Positions 142,201-152,298 of a stretch of 248,000 bases of DNA are shown in pieces. Origin of the DNA: Hyalangium minutum. GTDB taxonomy: Bacteria; Myxococcota; Myxococcia; Myxococcales; Myxococcaceae. The stretch is from positions 20,001-268,000 of the forward strand of contig NZ_JMCB01000013.1 in NCBI RefSeq assembly GCF_000737315.1, written 5' to 3'. Within the stretch, counting starts at the first letter, position 1. Each line of letters begins with the position of its first letter. The position numbers and the translations under genes were made by a program. Below the pieces are notes generated by a model. It made no database searches. It was not told the DNA's origin and worked only from the letters and a program-made list of their open reading frames with translations.

Positions 142201-142876
142201 CGGTCACCACGCGCTGAGCGTTGAGGCCGAAGGGATCGGCCAGCGCGGAGATCCACTTGGTCTCCAGCTCGCGCATCAGGCTGCCGCCGATGAGGTAGCC
142301 GATGAAGAGCACCACGGTGCCCACGTACACGGGGAGGATGCGCCGGGTGAGCGCGGCCAGCGCGAAGAAGAGGGCGCCCGCGAAGAAGAGGTTGGGCAAC
142401 ACGCTCGTCACGTACGGCCAGAGGTACGCGGCGCCTGAGTTGGGGCCCACCAAATGCTTCTGGAGCCACGGCATGTAGCTGCCCACGAAGGCCCCCAGGC
142501 CGATGCTCGAGAAGATGACGAGCAGGACGAGGAACGCCCCCAAGAAGCGGCCGAAGAGGTACTGGGCCTTGGAGATGGGCGTGGTGAAGAACAGCGTGTG
142601 CGAGCCCGCGGCGAAGTCCTGGTACACCGCCTGGCCCATCATCGCGCCAGAGATGATGACGCCCGTGAAGCCCAGGTAGGCCATCATCACGCTGAGCGAG
142701 TGAGGCGAGTTGGCCAGCACCTTGCCGCCCCCACCCGCGTTGAAGGTGACGGCCTCCCAGGCTCCGGCTGCGGCGTTCATCAAGATGAAGCCCAGCGCCA
142801 GGTACACGCCGAAGTACACCCACGTGGAGAGCATCTTGAGCCGGCGGCGCAGCTCGAAGAGAGCGATGGCGATCAT
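139289..142876 (-). CDS. ABC-2 permease fused to M1 aminopeptidase domain
   Basis: Many TM helices; HEVAHQWW..E motif. Confidence 0.85.
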   Translation of the reverse strand: MIAIALFELRRRLKMLSTWVYFGVYLALGFILMNAAAGAWEAVTFNAGGGGKVLANSPHSLSVMMAYLGFTGVIISGAMMGQAVYQDFAAGSHTLFFTTPISKAQYLFGRFLGAFLVLLVIFSSIGLGAFVGSYMPWLQKHLVGPNSGAAYLWPYVTSVLPNLFFAGALFFALAALTRRILPVYVGTVVLFIGYLIGGSLMRELETKWISALADPFGLNAQRVVTEYWTVAEKNTRLLPLEGWFLLNRLVWLAVGIVALVFTYVRFQRTHALPLRGQKEQEPSSEPALPASIAPLPALNRDFRGTTFLRLLPKLTWLDLKETVKNVYFLVMVLAGVLFVFISARAMGSMYGTNTWPVTYMVLEMVGGTFALFHIIIITFYSGELIWRERDAQMSGLMDALPTPGWLPYVSKLLALMGVQVILTCVVFLCGLIVQAAKGYTHFELGLYVTELFGLRLPDLWLLCVLAVFIHVVVNHKYVGHFIMVLYLVLSQFASQFGFEHNLYSYAGSPSYTYSDMNGFGPFLRPYFWFHLYWGLAALALALAAHLFWARGSEEGASWRLRTVGTRLSGPVRVGLAVALLGFAGVGISIFHNTNRLNRYLTEREQQAEQADYEKKYKALSSEPQPRIVSVKVQTDIYPQEARVRFLGIYGLENRSGQPVKTVYVNLPPRSELTIHKLSVVGLDTASEQDTRLGFYTYRLPEPLAPGAKAELSFDLEYAARGFKNRSQPTEVVDNGTFVNSEALPHLGYQENSELSDEDTRRRLGLAPKERMADVNDLKARMNTYIGSDSDWITFETTVSTSPDQIALAPGYLEREWTEGGRRYFHYKMDRPILSFFSFLSARWQVKRDAWNGVAIEVYYHPGHEYNLDRMIASVKDSLDYFTNAFSPYQHRQVRILEFPRYASFAQSFPNTIPYSESIGFIARVDPDDPKDVDYPYYVTAHEVAHQWWAHQVVGGNVQGATLLSETLSQYSALMVMKRKYGAEKMGRFLRYELDRYLNGRSIERNKEMPLGRVENQGYVHYRKGSLIMYALQDYLGEDKVNQALASFLRKTAYQSPPFTHSPELIAELRAVTPDHLRYLLEDFFDRITLYENRAVTATSTALPNGRFEVKITAKARKVEADGLGQEKELPLNDYVDVGVLDADGKPLFLEKRLIQQGDVSFTVQVSTRPAKAGLDPLYKLIDRKPEDNTVTVEAL

Positions 142877-142886
142877 GTCGCGCTCC

Positions 142887-143795
142887 TCAGGCCACGGCCG
142901 GTGTGGCGGGGACCGGCGCTGTCTGCACGTGGCCCTTGATGGTGGCGAAGTAGGCGTCCTCGAGATCCGGCTCCACGGGCTCGAAGCCCGCGCCCGGTGA
143001 GCCCTCGCTGTAGACGTGCACGCGCGTGCGCCCCATCACCAGCCGGGTGGAGATGACGCGCTGCTGGGCCTGCACGTCCGCCAGCTCCGCCTTCTCCACG
143101 AAGCGCCGCCAGATGCGCCCGGAGAGCCGCGAGATGGCCTCCTGCGGCTCGCCCGCGAGCAGCACCCGGCCCTTGTCCAGCACCGCCATCTGCGAGCACA
143201 GCTCGTGGACGTCCGCGACGATGTGCGTGGAGAGGATGACGATGACGTCCTGGCCGATGTCCGCCAGCAGGTTGTGGAAGCGGACACGCTCCTCGGGATC
143301 CAGACCGGCGGTGGGCTCGTCCACGATGAGCAACTGGGGGTTGCCCAGCAGCGCCTGCGCAATCCCGAAGCGCTGGCGCATGCCGCCGGAGAAGCTGCCC
143401 AGTGGCTTCTTGCGAGCCGCGTAGAGGTTGGTCTGGTTCAGCAGCGCGGAGACGCGCGCCTTGCGCTCCTTCGCCTGGCTGATGCCCTTGAGCGTGGCCA
143501 GGTGCTCCAGCAGATCCTCGGCGGACACCTTGGGGTAGAGACCGAAGTCCTGCGGCAGGTAGCCGAGCACCCGCCGCACCGCGTCCTTGTCCCGCAGCAC
143601 GTCGATATTCCCGAGCGTGGCGCTCCCGCTGTCCGCCTCCTGGAGCGTGGCCAGGGTGCGCATCAGCGTGGACTTGCCCGCGCCGTTGGGCCCCAGCAGA
143701 CCGAACATCCCGGGCCGCACGGTGAGTGTGACATCTGCCAGCGCCTGCGTCCCATTGGGATAGCGCTTGGACAGGTTCTGGATGCGAAGCTCCAC
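142887..143795 (-). CDS. ABC transporter ATP-binding protein
   Basis: GPNGAGKST, FSGGMRQR, VDEPT. Confidence 0.93.
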   Translation of the reverse strand: MELRIQNLSKRYPNGTQALADVTLTVRPGMFGLLGPNGAGKSTLMRTLATLQEADSGSATLGNIDVLRDKDAVRRVLGYLPQDFGLYPKVSAEDLLEHLATLKGISQAKERKARVSALLNQTNLYAARKKPLGSFSGGMRQRFGIAQALLGNPQLLIVDEPTAGLDPEERVRFHNLLADIGQDVIVILSTHIVADVHELCSQMAVLDKGRVLLAGEPQEAISRLSGRIWRRFVEKAELADVQAQQRVISTRLVMGRTRVHVYSEGSPGAGFEPVEPDLEDAYFATIKGHVQTAPVPATPAVA

Positions 143796-143849
143796 GGAAG
143801 GCCCTTGGATGAAGAGGGCCGCATCATGGAAGCAGGTGGGAGCCTTTGG

Positions 143850-144911
143850 CTAGCGAGGCCGCGCGTTCACCGTGGCGGCGGGCAGATGGAGCCGCAGCTC
143901 GAAGGGCGCCTCGTCCTGGATCGAAAGGGCACCCCCCAGCCGCTGCAGGAGCTGCTCCAGCCGCGCCAGCTTCCGGGCCATCAGCAGCCGGGGCCGGTCC
144001 GTGGACACGCTCAGCGTCCACATGCCCAGCTTCTCCTGCTCCTCGATGTGCACCCGCACCACGCCGACCCGTGAGGTGCCCAGATCCCTGGCCAGCAGCC
144101 GCGTCAGCTGCGTCACCACCGAGCGAGGACCTCGCACCGGTGCCCACTTCGCCGAGCACTCGAAGTGCAGGGGGAGCTTCCGGGCCCGCGCCATCGGCTC
144201 GAAGGCCTCGAGCGCCAGGGCGCGCAGATCCTCCGGCGCCCCGCCGCGCGAGAGCTGCCGGGAGATGAGCTGGCCCATCATCTGGGTGGAGCCCTGCATG
144301 CGCTCCACATATTTCTCCATGGTGGGCGTGAGCTCGCCCGTCATGCCCTTGCGCATCATCTCCAGGTAGCCCTGGATGACGAGCAGCGGAGTCCGCAGGT
144401 CGTGAGAAGCCCGGGAGCGGTTGCTCTCCCGATAGGACAGCTCGCGCTGCAGCTGCCGCAACTGTTGGCAAAGCGAGGCTTGCCTGCCCTGAAGGCTGGC
144501 CTCTCGCCTCCACGCCTTGAGGAGCGAACCCGCCAGCCCGGCGAAGCGCTCCAGTGTCTCGCGTTGTTCTCCGCTGGTCCGCTCCGGAATCACTCCGAGT
144601 GACGAGCGGCCCTCCTCTATTGGAATGAGCTGGGAGGCGCGCAGACGGGACAGGGAAGGCAGCCGCAGCCCCGCCTCCGCAATCCGCACCCGCCCCTCAT
144701 GGAGGGCGATGCCCGCCACCCCCGTGAGCCGCAGGGCTTCCTTCAGGAGCGCGTCGATGCCCGCGCGAGCCCCGTCCCGGAGAGAGCGCTCGGCCACCGC
144801 CGCCAGCGATCGCTCCACCTCTATTACTCCAACAGAATCTTCGGGCCGACGCCCGCTCAACGCTCCGGCATGCACGTGGCTAGGAATGAGCACGCCTTCA
144901 GATAGGCGCAA
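143850..144911 (-). CDS. HisKA-containing protein with degenerate HATPase region
   Basis: SHDLRTPL present; N/G1/G2 boxes not recognisable. Confidence 0.65.
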   Translation of the reverse strand: MRLSEGVLIPSHVHAGALSGRRPEDSVGVIEVERSLAAVAERSLRDGARAGIDALLKEALRLTGVAGIALHEGRVRIAEAGLRLPSLSRLRASQLIPIEEGRSSLGVIPERTSGEQRETLERFAGLAGSLLKAWRREASLQGRQASLCQQLRQLQRELSYRESNRSRASHDLRTPLLVIQGYLEMMRKGMTGELTPTMEKYVERMQGSTQMMGQLISRQLSRGGAPEDLRALALEAFEPMARARKLPLHFECSAKWAPVRGPRSVVTQLTRLLARDLGTSRVGVVRVHIEEQEKLGMWTLSVSTDRPRLLMARKLARLEQLLQRLGGALSIQDEAPFELRLHLPAATVNARPR

Positions 144912-145092
144912 CGGTACCCACTCTGAGGACTGATCGACACACGACAGAGAAACGACTTTCCCTCTCCGCGTGCGCAGTCATGGCGTTTTTACCGGTGCGC
145001 AGACCCCTCGGGAGACCCAACCCCAACAAGATCCACGGCTTACCCCTGGCCGGGCGATTGCTAACCGCTGACCCGGAGCGCGAAAGGGGCGG

Positions 145093-147168
145093 ATGGGGAC
145101 CTTCGACTATTACACGACGCTGGTTCGACTCGCTCCGGCAGCCGTCGCGAAGAGCGCGGTACGCCGGGTGCAGGGGGTTGCGAGGCAGGCTCTCTATCGC
145201 CGCCGGTACCGGGTGGATGAGCTGCGGATCCTCCAGGCGTATGGGGCCGAGTCCGCGGCGGAGCTCGCGGGCAAGCTCCTGGAGACGCGCCACTCCAGCG
145301 TGTGGTGTGAGCACCGTCAGCGCCGGTCTGTGCTCGAGGCGCTCGCGGCCGTGCCGGGTGCCCGGGAGCGGGCGCTGGAGCGGGCCGAGGCGGCGCTCCG
145401 CCAGGAGTTCCGTGTCTTCGGCACGCGCGTGGCCTTCGGTGAGGGCCGGTCGGTGGAGTGGTCCCTGGATCCGGTGAGCGGCTACCGCTACCCGCTGGAG
145501 CCCGTGGAGCAGCTCCAGTTGGTGCGGCCCGGGACGGATCCCAAGTACCCGTGGGTGCTCGGGCGGCTCGACAGCCTCGTGGCGCTGGGGCAGGGCTACT
145601 GGGTGGAGGAGAGCGAGCAGGCACGTTCCCGCTACGCGCGCGCCTTCGTGCTGCAGACGCTGGATTTTCTGCAGGCCAACCCTCCTGGGCAGGGTGTGCA
145701 GTGGGCGTGCACCATGGAGGTGTCGCTGCGGGCGGCCAACATCGCGCAGGCGCTCGCCATGTTCGCGGAGGCGCCCGAGGTTCAGCGGCCCGAGTTCCTC
145801 GTGCCCGTGCTGAGCTCGCTCGCCGAGCACACCGCGTGGGTGGAAGCGCATCCGGAGGACCAGGGCGCGGTCCCCAACAATCACCTCATCGCCAACTACG
145901 TGGGCCTGCTGGTGGTGGGCCTGCTGTTCCCGGAGCTCCCGGGCGCGTCGAACCAGGTGGCGCTGGCGGTGAAGACGCTGCGCACGCAGGTGCTGGCGCA
146001 GGTGCACGAGGATGGCACCTCCTTTGAGGGCTCCACCTCCTATCACCGGCTCGTGGTGGAGTTGTGCACCCTGGCGCACGTGGTGGCGCTCCGGGCCGGC
146101 GTGATGCTGGGCAAGGACTTCGAGGAGCGCCTCCTCAAGATGTTCCGCGCCACGCGCGCTTGGTGCTCCGAGCAAGGGCGGGTGGCTCAGATCGGCGACA
146201 ACGATTCCTGCCGCGTCTTCCCGCTCCGGGAGCGCGACGATCAGGACCACGGCTATCTGGCTCCGCTGGGCGCGGCGCTCTTCGGCGACGCCTCGCTGGC
146301 GGGCGGCGAGTTCCCGGACGAGGCGGCGTGGCTGCTGGGCAAGCCGGGCCTGGAGCGCTTCCAGGCGCTGGGGACGGCTCCAGCGCCCTCCTCGGTGTGC
146401 TTCCACTCGGGGGGCTTCCACGTGCTGCGTGGAGCGGGGGCTGTCGTCACCATCAGCGCGGGCCGTCAGGGGCAGCGCGGGGTGGGCGGGCACAGCCACA
146501 ACGACAAGCTCTCCTTCGAGCTGCACCTGGGCGGAGAGCCCGTGATCGTGGATCCGGGGACAGGCACGTACACGCGGGACGCGATGGTCCGGAACTTCTT
146601 TCGCGGCACCTCGGCGCACAACACGCTGGTGGTGGACGCGGTGGAGCAGGCTCCCTTGGAGCCCGAGCGTCTCTTCGCGCTGCCCGAGGACGCCCGGGCC
146701 CGGGTGGAGGTGTTCCAGCCGGGCGCGCAGCTGGATCGGCTCACCGTGCGGCACGACGGGTACCGGACGCTGCCGTCGCCCGTGGGCATCGAGCGGACCT
146801 TCTACCTGGACAAGCGGGAGCGTGCGCTCGCGGTGACGGATCGGCTCGTCGGTACGGGGGCGCACGAGGTGGTGGGCCGGCTGTACCTGCCGGACGAGCA
146901 CGTGCGGCTGCGTCCCGCCTCGACCTGGGAGATTGCGCGGGCCTTGCGTGTGCCGGATGCGCCGCGGGCCTTCGAGCCGCTGTGCGTGGAGTTGGGGCCA
147001 GAGGACGCGCCGAGGGCGTGTGTGCTCTTCGCCTCGGGACTGACGCCCCGGTTGGACGGGGCCCTGTACTCGCCGGGCTACGGGCGGGTGAGGCCGGCGT
147101 CGGTGGTGACTTACGGGGCACGTCGCGTGCCTCCGGCATGGCTGCGGTGGGTGGTCGTCTTTTCGTGA
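145093..147168 (+). CDS. Heparinase II/III family protein
   Basis: NNHL, EGSTSYH, HSHND.LSF, DPGT..Y, HNT. Confidence 0.85.
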   Translation: MGTFDYYTTLVRLAPAAVAKSAVRRVQGVARQALYRRRYRVDELRILQAYGAESAAELAGKLLETRHSSVWCEHRQRRSVLEALAAVPGARERALERAEAALRQEFRVFGTRVAFGEGRSVEWSLDPVSGYRYPLEPVEQLQLVRPGTDPKYPWVLGRLDSLVALGQGYWVEESEQARSRYARAFVLQTLDFLQANPPGQGVQWACTMEVSLRAANIAQALAMFAEAPEVQRPEFLVPVLSSLAEHTAWVEAHPEDQGAVPNNHLIANYVGLLVVGLLFPELPGASNQVALAVKTLRTQVLAQVHEDGTSFEGSTSYHRLVVELCTLAHVVALRAGVMLGKDFEERLLKMFRATRAWCSEQGRVAQIGDNDSCRVFPLRERDDQDHGYLAPLGAALFGDASLAGGEFPDEAAWLLGKPGLERFQALGTAPAPSSVCFHSGGFHVLRGAGAVVTISAGRQGQRGVGGHSHNDKLSFELHLGGEPVIVDPGTGTYTRDAMVRNFFRGTSAHNTLVVDAVEQAPLEPERLFALPEDARARVEVFQPGAQLDRLTVRHDGYRTLPSPVGIERTFYLDKRERALAVTDRLVGTGAHEVVGRLYLPDEHVRLRPASTWEIARALRVPDAPRAFEPLCVELGPEDAPRACVLFASGLTPRLDGALYSPGYGRVRPASVVTYGARRVPPAWLRWVVVFS

Positions 147169-147221
147169 ACGGTGTTGTTGAGGCGCCGTGTCCCGCGGCG
147201 CCTTGCTTGGAGGGAGTACAG

Positions 147222-148547
147222 ATGCGCGTCATGGTCAGCCCGCTCGTGGATATGATCCGCAAGCGGGAAGCTAAAGTGGGGGTTGTCGGTCTGGGCTACG
147301 TGGGGCTTCCGCTCGGCATGGCGTTCGCCGATGCGGGGTTCCCGGTGATGGGGCTCGATATCGACAAGCGCAAGATTGACAAGATCGCCAAGGGGGAGAG
147401 CTACATCAAGCACATCCCCAGCGAGCCGCTGAAGAAGCTGAGCAGCGAGGGCAAGCTCAAGGCGACGACGGACTTCGCCAAGGCCAAGGAGATGGACTGC
147501 ATCGTCATCTGCGTGCCCACGCCGCTGACGGCGTCGCGTGAGCCGGACATGACGTACATCGTCCAGACGGGCGAGGCGCTGTCCCCGTACGTGCGCCGTA
147601 ACCAGCTCTTCGTGCTGGAGTCCACCACCTACCCGGGCACCACCGAGGAGGTGCTCAAGCCGCTGCTGGAGAAGAGCGGCCTGAAGGCGGGCGTGGACTT
147701 CCACCTGGCCTTCAGCCCCGAGCGCGAGGATCCGGGCAACAAGAGCTTCAACACGAAGACGATCCCGAAGATCGTCGGCGGCTTCACGCCGGCGTGCCTC
147801 GAGGTGGCGCAGGCCCTGTACTCCAGCGCGCTGAAGGAGACGGTGCCGGTGTCCTCCACGCGCGTGGCGGAGCTCTCCAAGCTGCTGGAGAACATCTTCC
147901 GCTGCGTGAACATCGCCATGGTCAACGAGATGAAGATGCTCTGCGACCGCATGAACATCGACGTGTGGGAGGTCATCCAGGCGGCGAGCACCAAGCCGTT
148001 CGGCTTCATGCCCTTCTTCCCGGGCCCGGGCCTGGGCGGTCACTGCATCCCGATCGATCCGTTCTACCTGACGTGGAAGGCGCGCGAGTACGAGTTCCAC
148101 ACCAAGTTCATCGAGCTGGCCGGCGAGGTGAACACGCAGATGCCGTACTACGTGGTGCAGCGCACCATGGAGGCGCTCAACCAGCACAAGAAGACGCTCA
148201 ATGGCGCCAAGGTGCTGTGCTTGGGTGCGGCGTACAAGAAGGACATCGACGACATGCGCGAGAGCCCGAGCCTCCGCGTCATCTCGTTGCTCAAGGAGAA
148301 GGGTGCCGTGGTCAGCTACCACGACCCGTACGTGCCGAAGCTGGAGAAGGGCCACGGCTTCAACTTCGAGATGACCTCCGTGCCGCTGTCGCCGGAGACG
148401 CTCGGCCAGTACGACGCGGTGGTGATCCTCACGGACCACTCCAACATCGACTACTCCATGGTGGTGAAGAAGTCCCAGTGCGTCGTCGACACGCGCAACG
148501 CCACGAAGCACGTGGGACCGGGCCGTGAGAAGGTGACGAAGGCCTAG
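147222..148547 (+). CDS. Nucleotide-sugar (UDP-HexNAc) dehydrogenase
   Basis: GLGYVGLP, ICVPTP, ESTTYPG, GLGGHCIP. Confidence 0.93.
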   Translation: MRVMVSPLVDMIRKREAKVGVVGLGYVGLPLGMAFADAGFPVMGLDIDKRKIDKIAKGESYIKHIPSEPLKKLSSEGKLKATTDFAKAKEMDCIVICVPTPLTASREPDMTYIVQTGEALSPYVRRNQLFVLESTTYPGTTEEVLKPLLEKSGLKAGVDFHLAFSPEREDPGNKSFNTKTIPKIVGGFTPACLEVAQALYSSALKETVPVSSTRVAELSKLLENIFRCVNIAMVNEMKMLCDRMNIDVWEVIQAASTKPFGFMPFFPGPGLGGHCIPIDPFYLTWKAREYEFHTKFIELAGEVNTQMPYYVVQRTMEALNQHKKTLNGAKVLCLGAAYKKDIDDMRESPSLRVISLLKEKGAVVSYHDPYVPKLEKGHGFNFEMTSVPLSPETLGQYDAVVILTDHSNIDYSMVVKKSQCVVDTRNATKHVGPGREKVTKA

Positions 148548-148651
148548 TTGCACGGGGGCTGATTGCCTCCCAAGCGAGGGTCCTCGCCGCTCTGGAGCAG
148601 GGCGGTGAGGACCTTCGGTGCATTGCGGGGTGGTTTCGGTACAGTGGGGCC

Positions 148652-150385
148652 GTGCGACTTCCCCTCTCGCCCGTCCTTCCCCTGTTGGCTGTCTCCGCTC
148701 TCCTGGCTGCCGCCGCGCCTCCGGCCGATCCGCGTCTGGAGATGGCGGATGCGATGATCGCTGAGCTGACCCGCAGCCAGCAACAGCTCCAGCTCAAGGG
148801 CCACGAGCCGCCGTACTTCATCAGCTACCAGCTCAAGGACTACGACCAGTACGCCATCGCCGCGCGCTACGGGGCGATCTTCACGGATGACGGCTCGCGG
148901 GATCGCCGGCTGGCGGCGGATGTGCGGGTGGGCTCGTACCAGTTCGACAGCTCGGTGCCCGAGGAGCAGGACTTCCTCGTCTCCACCAAGGGGACGAGCT
149001 ACTACGCGCGGCCGGACGGCCCGATCGACGACTCGCCGATGGCGCTGCGCACCGCGTTCTGGCTGCTGACGGATGAGAAGTACAAGTCCGCGCTGGCCCA
149101 GTTCCTCAAGAAGAAGGGCGAGGACGTCTATACGGTGGAGGATCCGAAGCGCCCGCCGTCCTTCTCCAAGGAGAGGCCGAACACGCACGTGCAGCCGTCC
149201 GTGGCGTTCCCGTTCGATCGGGAGCGGTGGCGCAAGGTGGCGCGGATGCTGTCGGCCCGGTTCAACGGGCATCCGGAGATCTTCGACTCGGATGTGCGCG
149301 TCACGGCAGACAAGGTGATGCGCGTGTTCGTCTCCACGGAGGGCAGCCGCATCATCACCGAGGAGACGCTCTACGGGCTGCACGTCACCGCGGTGGCTCG
149401 CGCGGAGGACGGGCAGCTGCTGGACAACTCGCGCAACTACTACACGCCCACCGAGGCGGGGCTTCCGGACGACAAGACGCTGCTGGAGGCCACGGACAAG
149501 GTGATCACGGAGCTGCTGGCGCTGCGGAAGGCGCCCGCGATCGATCCGTATACAGGGCCGGCGATCCTGGCGCCCGAGGCCTCGGGCGTGCTGTTCCACG
149601 AGGTGCTGGGGCACCGGCTCGAGGGGCACCGGCAGGCAGACGATCGCGAGGGCAAGACGTTCCGAGGCCAGGAGGGCAAGCAGGTCCTGCCGCCCTTCCT
149701 CTCCATCTCCGATGACCCAACGGTGCGAGAGCTGAGCGGGGAGAAGCTCAACGGCTATTACCTCTATGACGAGGAGGGCGTGAAGGCGCAGCGGGTGCCG
149801 CTGGTGGAGAAGGGCGTGCTGCGCAACTACCTGCTGTCGCGCCAGCCGGTGGAGGGCTTCCTGCAGTCCAACGGGCATGGCCGGAGCCAGGGCTCGCAGC
149901 GGCCGGTGGCGCGCATGGCGAACCTGCTCGTGGACTCCACGAAGCAGGTGTCCGACGAGGAGCTGAAGCGGCAGCTGATCGCGGAGGCGAAGCGGCAGGG
150001 CAAGCCGTACGGGCTCATCATCCGCGACATTACCGGCGGCAACACCAACACCTCCAGCTACGGCTACCAGGCATTCAAGGGCGTGCCCCGGATGGTGTTC
150101 CGGGTGGATGTGCGGGATGGGAAGGAGACGCTGGTGCGGGGCGTGGAGATCGTCGGCACGCCGCTGTCGGCGGTGAACCGGATCCTGGCCTCGGGCAGTA
150201 GGCAGGGCGTGTTCAACGGGTTCTGCGGCGCGGAGAGCGGGATGGTGCCTGTGTCCACCGTGGCGCCTGCGATGCTGCTCCAGGAGATCGAACTGCAGCG
150301 GACGATGGAGGGTAAGGACCGCCCACCGATCCTCTCCAGCCCCTCGGCCGCTTCGCGGCAGCCCGAGGCGAAGAAGCAGGAGTAG
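148652..150385 (+). CDS. TldD/PmbA family protein
   Basis: FHEVLGHRLE, YDEEG, NGHGR. Confidence 0.85.
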   Translation: MRLPLSPVLPLLAVSALLAAAAPPADPRLEMADAMIAELTRSQQQLQLKGHEPPYFISYQLKDYDQYAIAARYGAIFTDDGSRDRRLAADVRVGSYQFDSSVPEEQDFLVSTKGTSYYARPDGPIDDSPMALRTAFWLLTDEKYKSALAQFLKKKGEDVYTVEDPKRPPSFSKERPNTHVQPSVAFPFDRERWRKVARMLSARFNGHPEIFDSDVRVTADKVMRVFVSTEGSRIITEETLYGLHVTAVARAEDGQLLDNSRNYYTPTEAGLPDDKTLLEATDKVITELLALRKAPAIDPYTGPAILAPEASGVLFHEVLGHRLEGHRQADDREGKTFRGQEGKQVLPPFLSISDDPTVRELSGEKLNGYYLYDEEGVKAQRVPLVEKGVLRNYLLSRQPVEGFLQSNGHGRSQGSQRPVARMANLLVDSTKQVSDEELKRQLIAEAKRQGKPYGLIIRDITGGNTNTSSYGYQAFKGVPRMVFRVDVRDGKETLVRGVEIVGTPLSAVNRILASGSRQGVFNGFCGAESGMVPVSTVAPAMLLQEIELQRTMEGKDRPPILSSPSAASRQPEAKKQE

Positions 150386-150402
150386 GGCGGTACGTCCTTC
150401 GT

Positions 150403-151320
150403 TCAGCTCCCGGGTGCTTCTGCGGGTTCTTCTGGAGCACTTTGCTCCTCGGAGGGAGCAAGAGCATCGGGGGAGGGGTGCAGCAAGCGCCCGCCCTTGA
150501 AGCCTCTCAGGCGCAAGTAGCGCGAGAAGTCCCGGAGAAAGGCCTCGGGCGGTAGCCCCACGATGGAGGTGAAGGCCCCCGGGAAGTCCGGCCCCCGGCT
150601 CATCTCCTCCAGCAGCTTGCGCACCGTGTCCTCCCCATAGCGGTTCACCAGGAAGCTGAAGGCGTGGTGGGCTGCTCCGTAGGCCACGGGCATCTGCTCG
150701 GCGTAGAGCGGCTCGGGGCGCAGCAGGGGTTCCCAGGAGGGATTCTCCTCCAGCGTCCGTGCGAGGGTCTCCAGTGTGGGCCAGCGGTAGCCCTGGTTCG
150801 CCGTGTACGAGGCCATGCCCTCGCGGAACCATCCGGGGATCTTCTTCTGCCGCCAGCCGCCCAGGTCCGCCGCCGCCTGGTACATCACCGTGTGCGTCAG
150901 CTCATGCAGGAGTGTCTCGTTCAGGTCCTGCTGCGTGGCGCTCAGCGGGCTCCAGGTCTCCGGCGCTTGCACATCCACCACGTCGTAGCGCGCCCACGCC
151001 CGCAGCCACTCGTAACCCGAGCGCTTCGCGGCTCGCTCCAGGGACTTGTGATCCGGATGGACCCGCACCGTTACCGGCTCGTGGAGCCTGCCCCACTTCA
151101 CGAGCTGGTGCCCTGCATTCTCCAGCGCGGCTCGGACCATGAGCGCGCCCGCCTCCTCGCGGGAGGGGTACTCGATGCGGAAGGTCCCCACCGCTGTCTC
151201 CACCGTGAGGAGCTCGGCCTTCAGCCCAGAGCGTGGCCCCACGCATCCGGCGCTCACCCACAGTGCGAGCACCGCGCTGGCCATCGTTCCCCTGTGGCTC
151301 CTGCCCACCGTCACGCGCAC
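150403..151320 (-). CDS. Peptidase MA-like lipoprotein
   Basis: SAGC lipobox; HELTH, WFREG. Confidence 0.7.
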   Translation of the reverse strand: MRVTVGRSHRGTMASAVLALWVSAGCVGPRSGLKAELLTVETAVGTFRIEYPSREEAGALMVRAALENAGHQLVKWGRLHEPVTVRVHPDHKSLERAAKRSGYEWLRAWARYDVVDVQAPETWSPLSATQQDLNETLLHELTHTVMYQAAADLGGWRQKKIPGWFREGMASYTANQGYRWPTLETLARTLEENPSWEPLLRPEPLYAEQMPVAYGAAHHAFSFLVNRYGEDTVRKLLEEMSRGPDFPGAFTSIVGLPPEAFLRDFSRYLRLRGFKGGRLLHPSPDALAPSEEQSAPEEPAEAPGS

Positions 151321-151321
151321 C

Positions 151322-152257
151322 TCACTCCGCGTCCAGCCAGCGCAACACCGTGCGCCCCACGTCCGCCACGGTGGCCAGCGCCTCCACCTCTGGCGCAGGC
151401 GGCCCGAAGTAGAGCACGGGCACGGGGTTCAGGGTGTGGCTCCGTGTCGAGAGATCCTCCACGTTGCCGTGATCGCTGCAGATCAACACCCGCGCATCCG
151501 GCGGCCGCAGGGCCACGATCTCCCGCGCGAAGGCATCGAAGGTGTCCAGGGCCGCCAGGGCTGCCTCGAAGTCTTGCGCGTGCCCGGCCTCGTCAGCCAG
151601 GTAGTGCTCGAAGAAGGTGAAGTCCACGCCCTCGGCCACCTGCCAGAAGATCCGCGCTGCTTCCTCGGGCGTGCGCTGGGGCACGGACAAGCCCATGCGG
151701 TGCGCGTGAGTGCCGGTGATGTCATGGGTGAGCCCGTCCCCCGCGCGCGCGTCATCCAGCGTGCGCAGGGGTACGCCTCCCGCCGCGAAGGCCAGGGTGG
151801 ATGCCGAGGGCTTCAAGCGCTTCGCTGCCGCAGGAGGGAAGACGAACTCCGGGGGCGTGGTGGAGGCTCGCCGGTGCAGCTTCAGCAGGTCCAGGTATGG
151901 CGCCGCGTAGCTGTTGGCGAAGGTGGCGGTGCGCCCAGCGGCCACCAGCCGCTTCACGAGCGAGCGCTCCGCCAGGATCTCCCGCAGGGGTGGGTTCGGG
152001 TAGCCCAGCACGTGGCGCTGAATGAGGGCAGGCGCGGGGTCGCCCGTGAGGATGGCCGTCTGGTTGGAGGCTGACTGGGGGCGGCCCTCCACACCGAAAG
152101 TGGTATCCACAGGGATACACCACCCCCCTGGGGGCAGGGGGGTCCCGGGGGCGTCCCCGAACTGGGAGAGCAGGTGGGCCCTCCCAGCGAGCGGGTTCAC
152201 TGCCGTGTCCTTCCGGCCTACACCCACACCATCGATGAACAGGAGCGCGACTCGCAC
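151322..152257 (-). CDS. Alkaline-phosphatase-superfamily metalloenzyme (PGM-like)
   Basis: FIDGVG, PQSAS, DEAGH, SDHGN. Confidence 0.8.
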   Translation of the reverse strand: MRVALLFIDGVGVGRKDTAVNPLAGRAHLLSQFGDAPGTPLPPGGWCIPVDTTFGVEGRPQSASNQTAILTGDPAPALIQRHVLGYPNPPLREILAERSLVKRLVAAGRTATFANSYAAPYLDLLKLHRRASTTPPEFVFPPAAAKRLKPSASTLAFAAGGVPLRTLDDARAGDGLTHDITGTHAHRMGLSVPQRTPEEAARIFWQVAEGVDFTFFEHYLADEAGHAQDFEAALAALDTFDAFAREIVALRPPDARVLICSDHGNVEDLSTRSHTLNPVPVLYFGPPAPEVEALATVADVGRTVLRWLDAE

Positions 152258-152298
152258 GATTTCTGACTGTATCCTCGAATTTCTGGAATCCGTCACCC

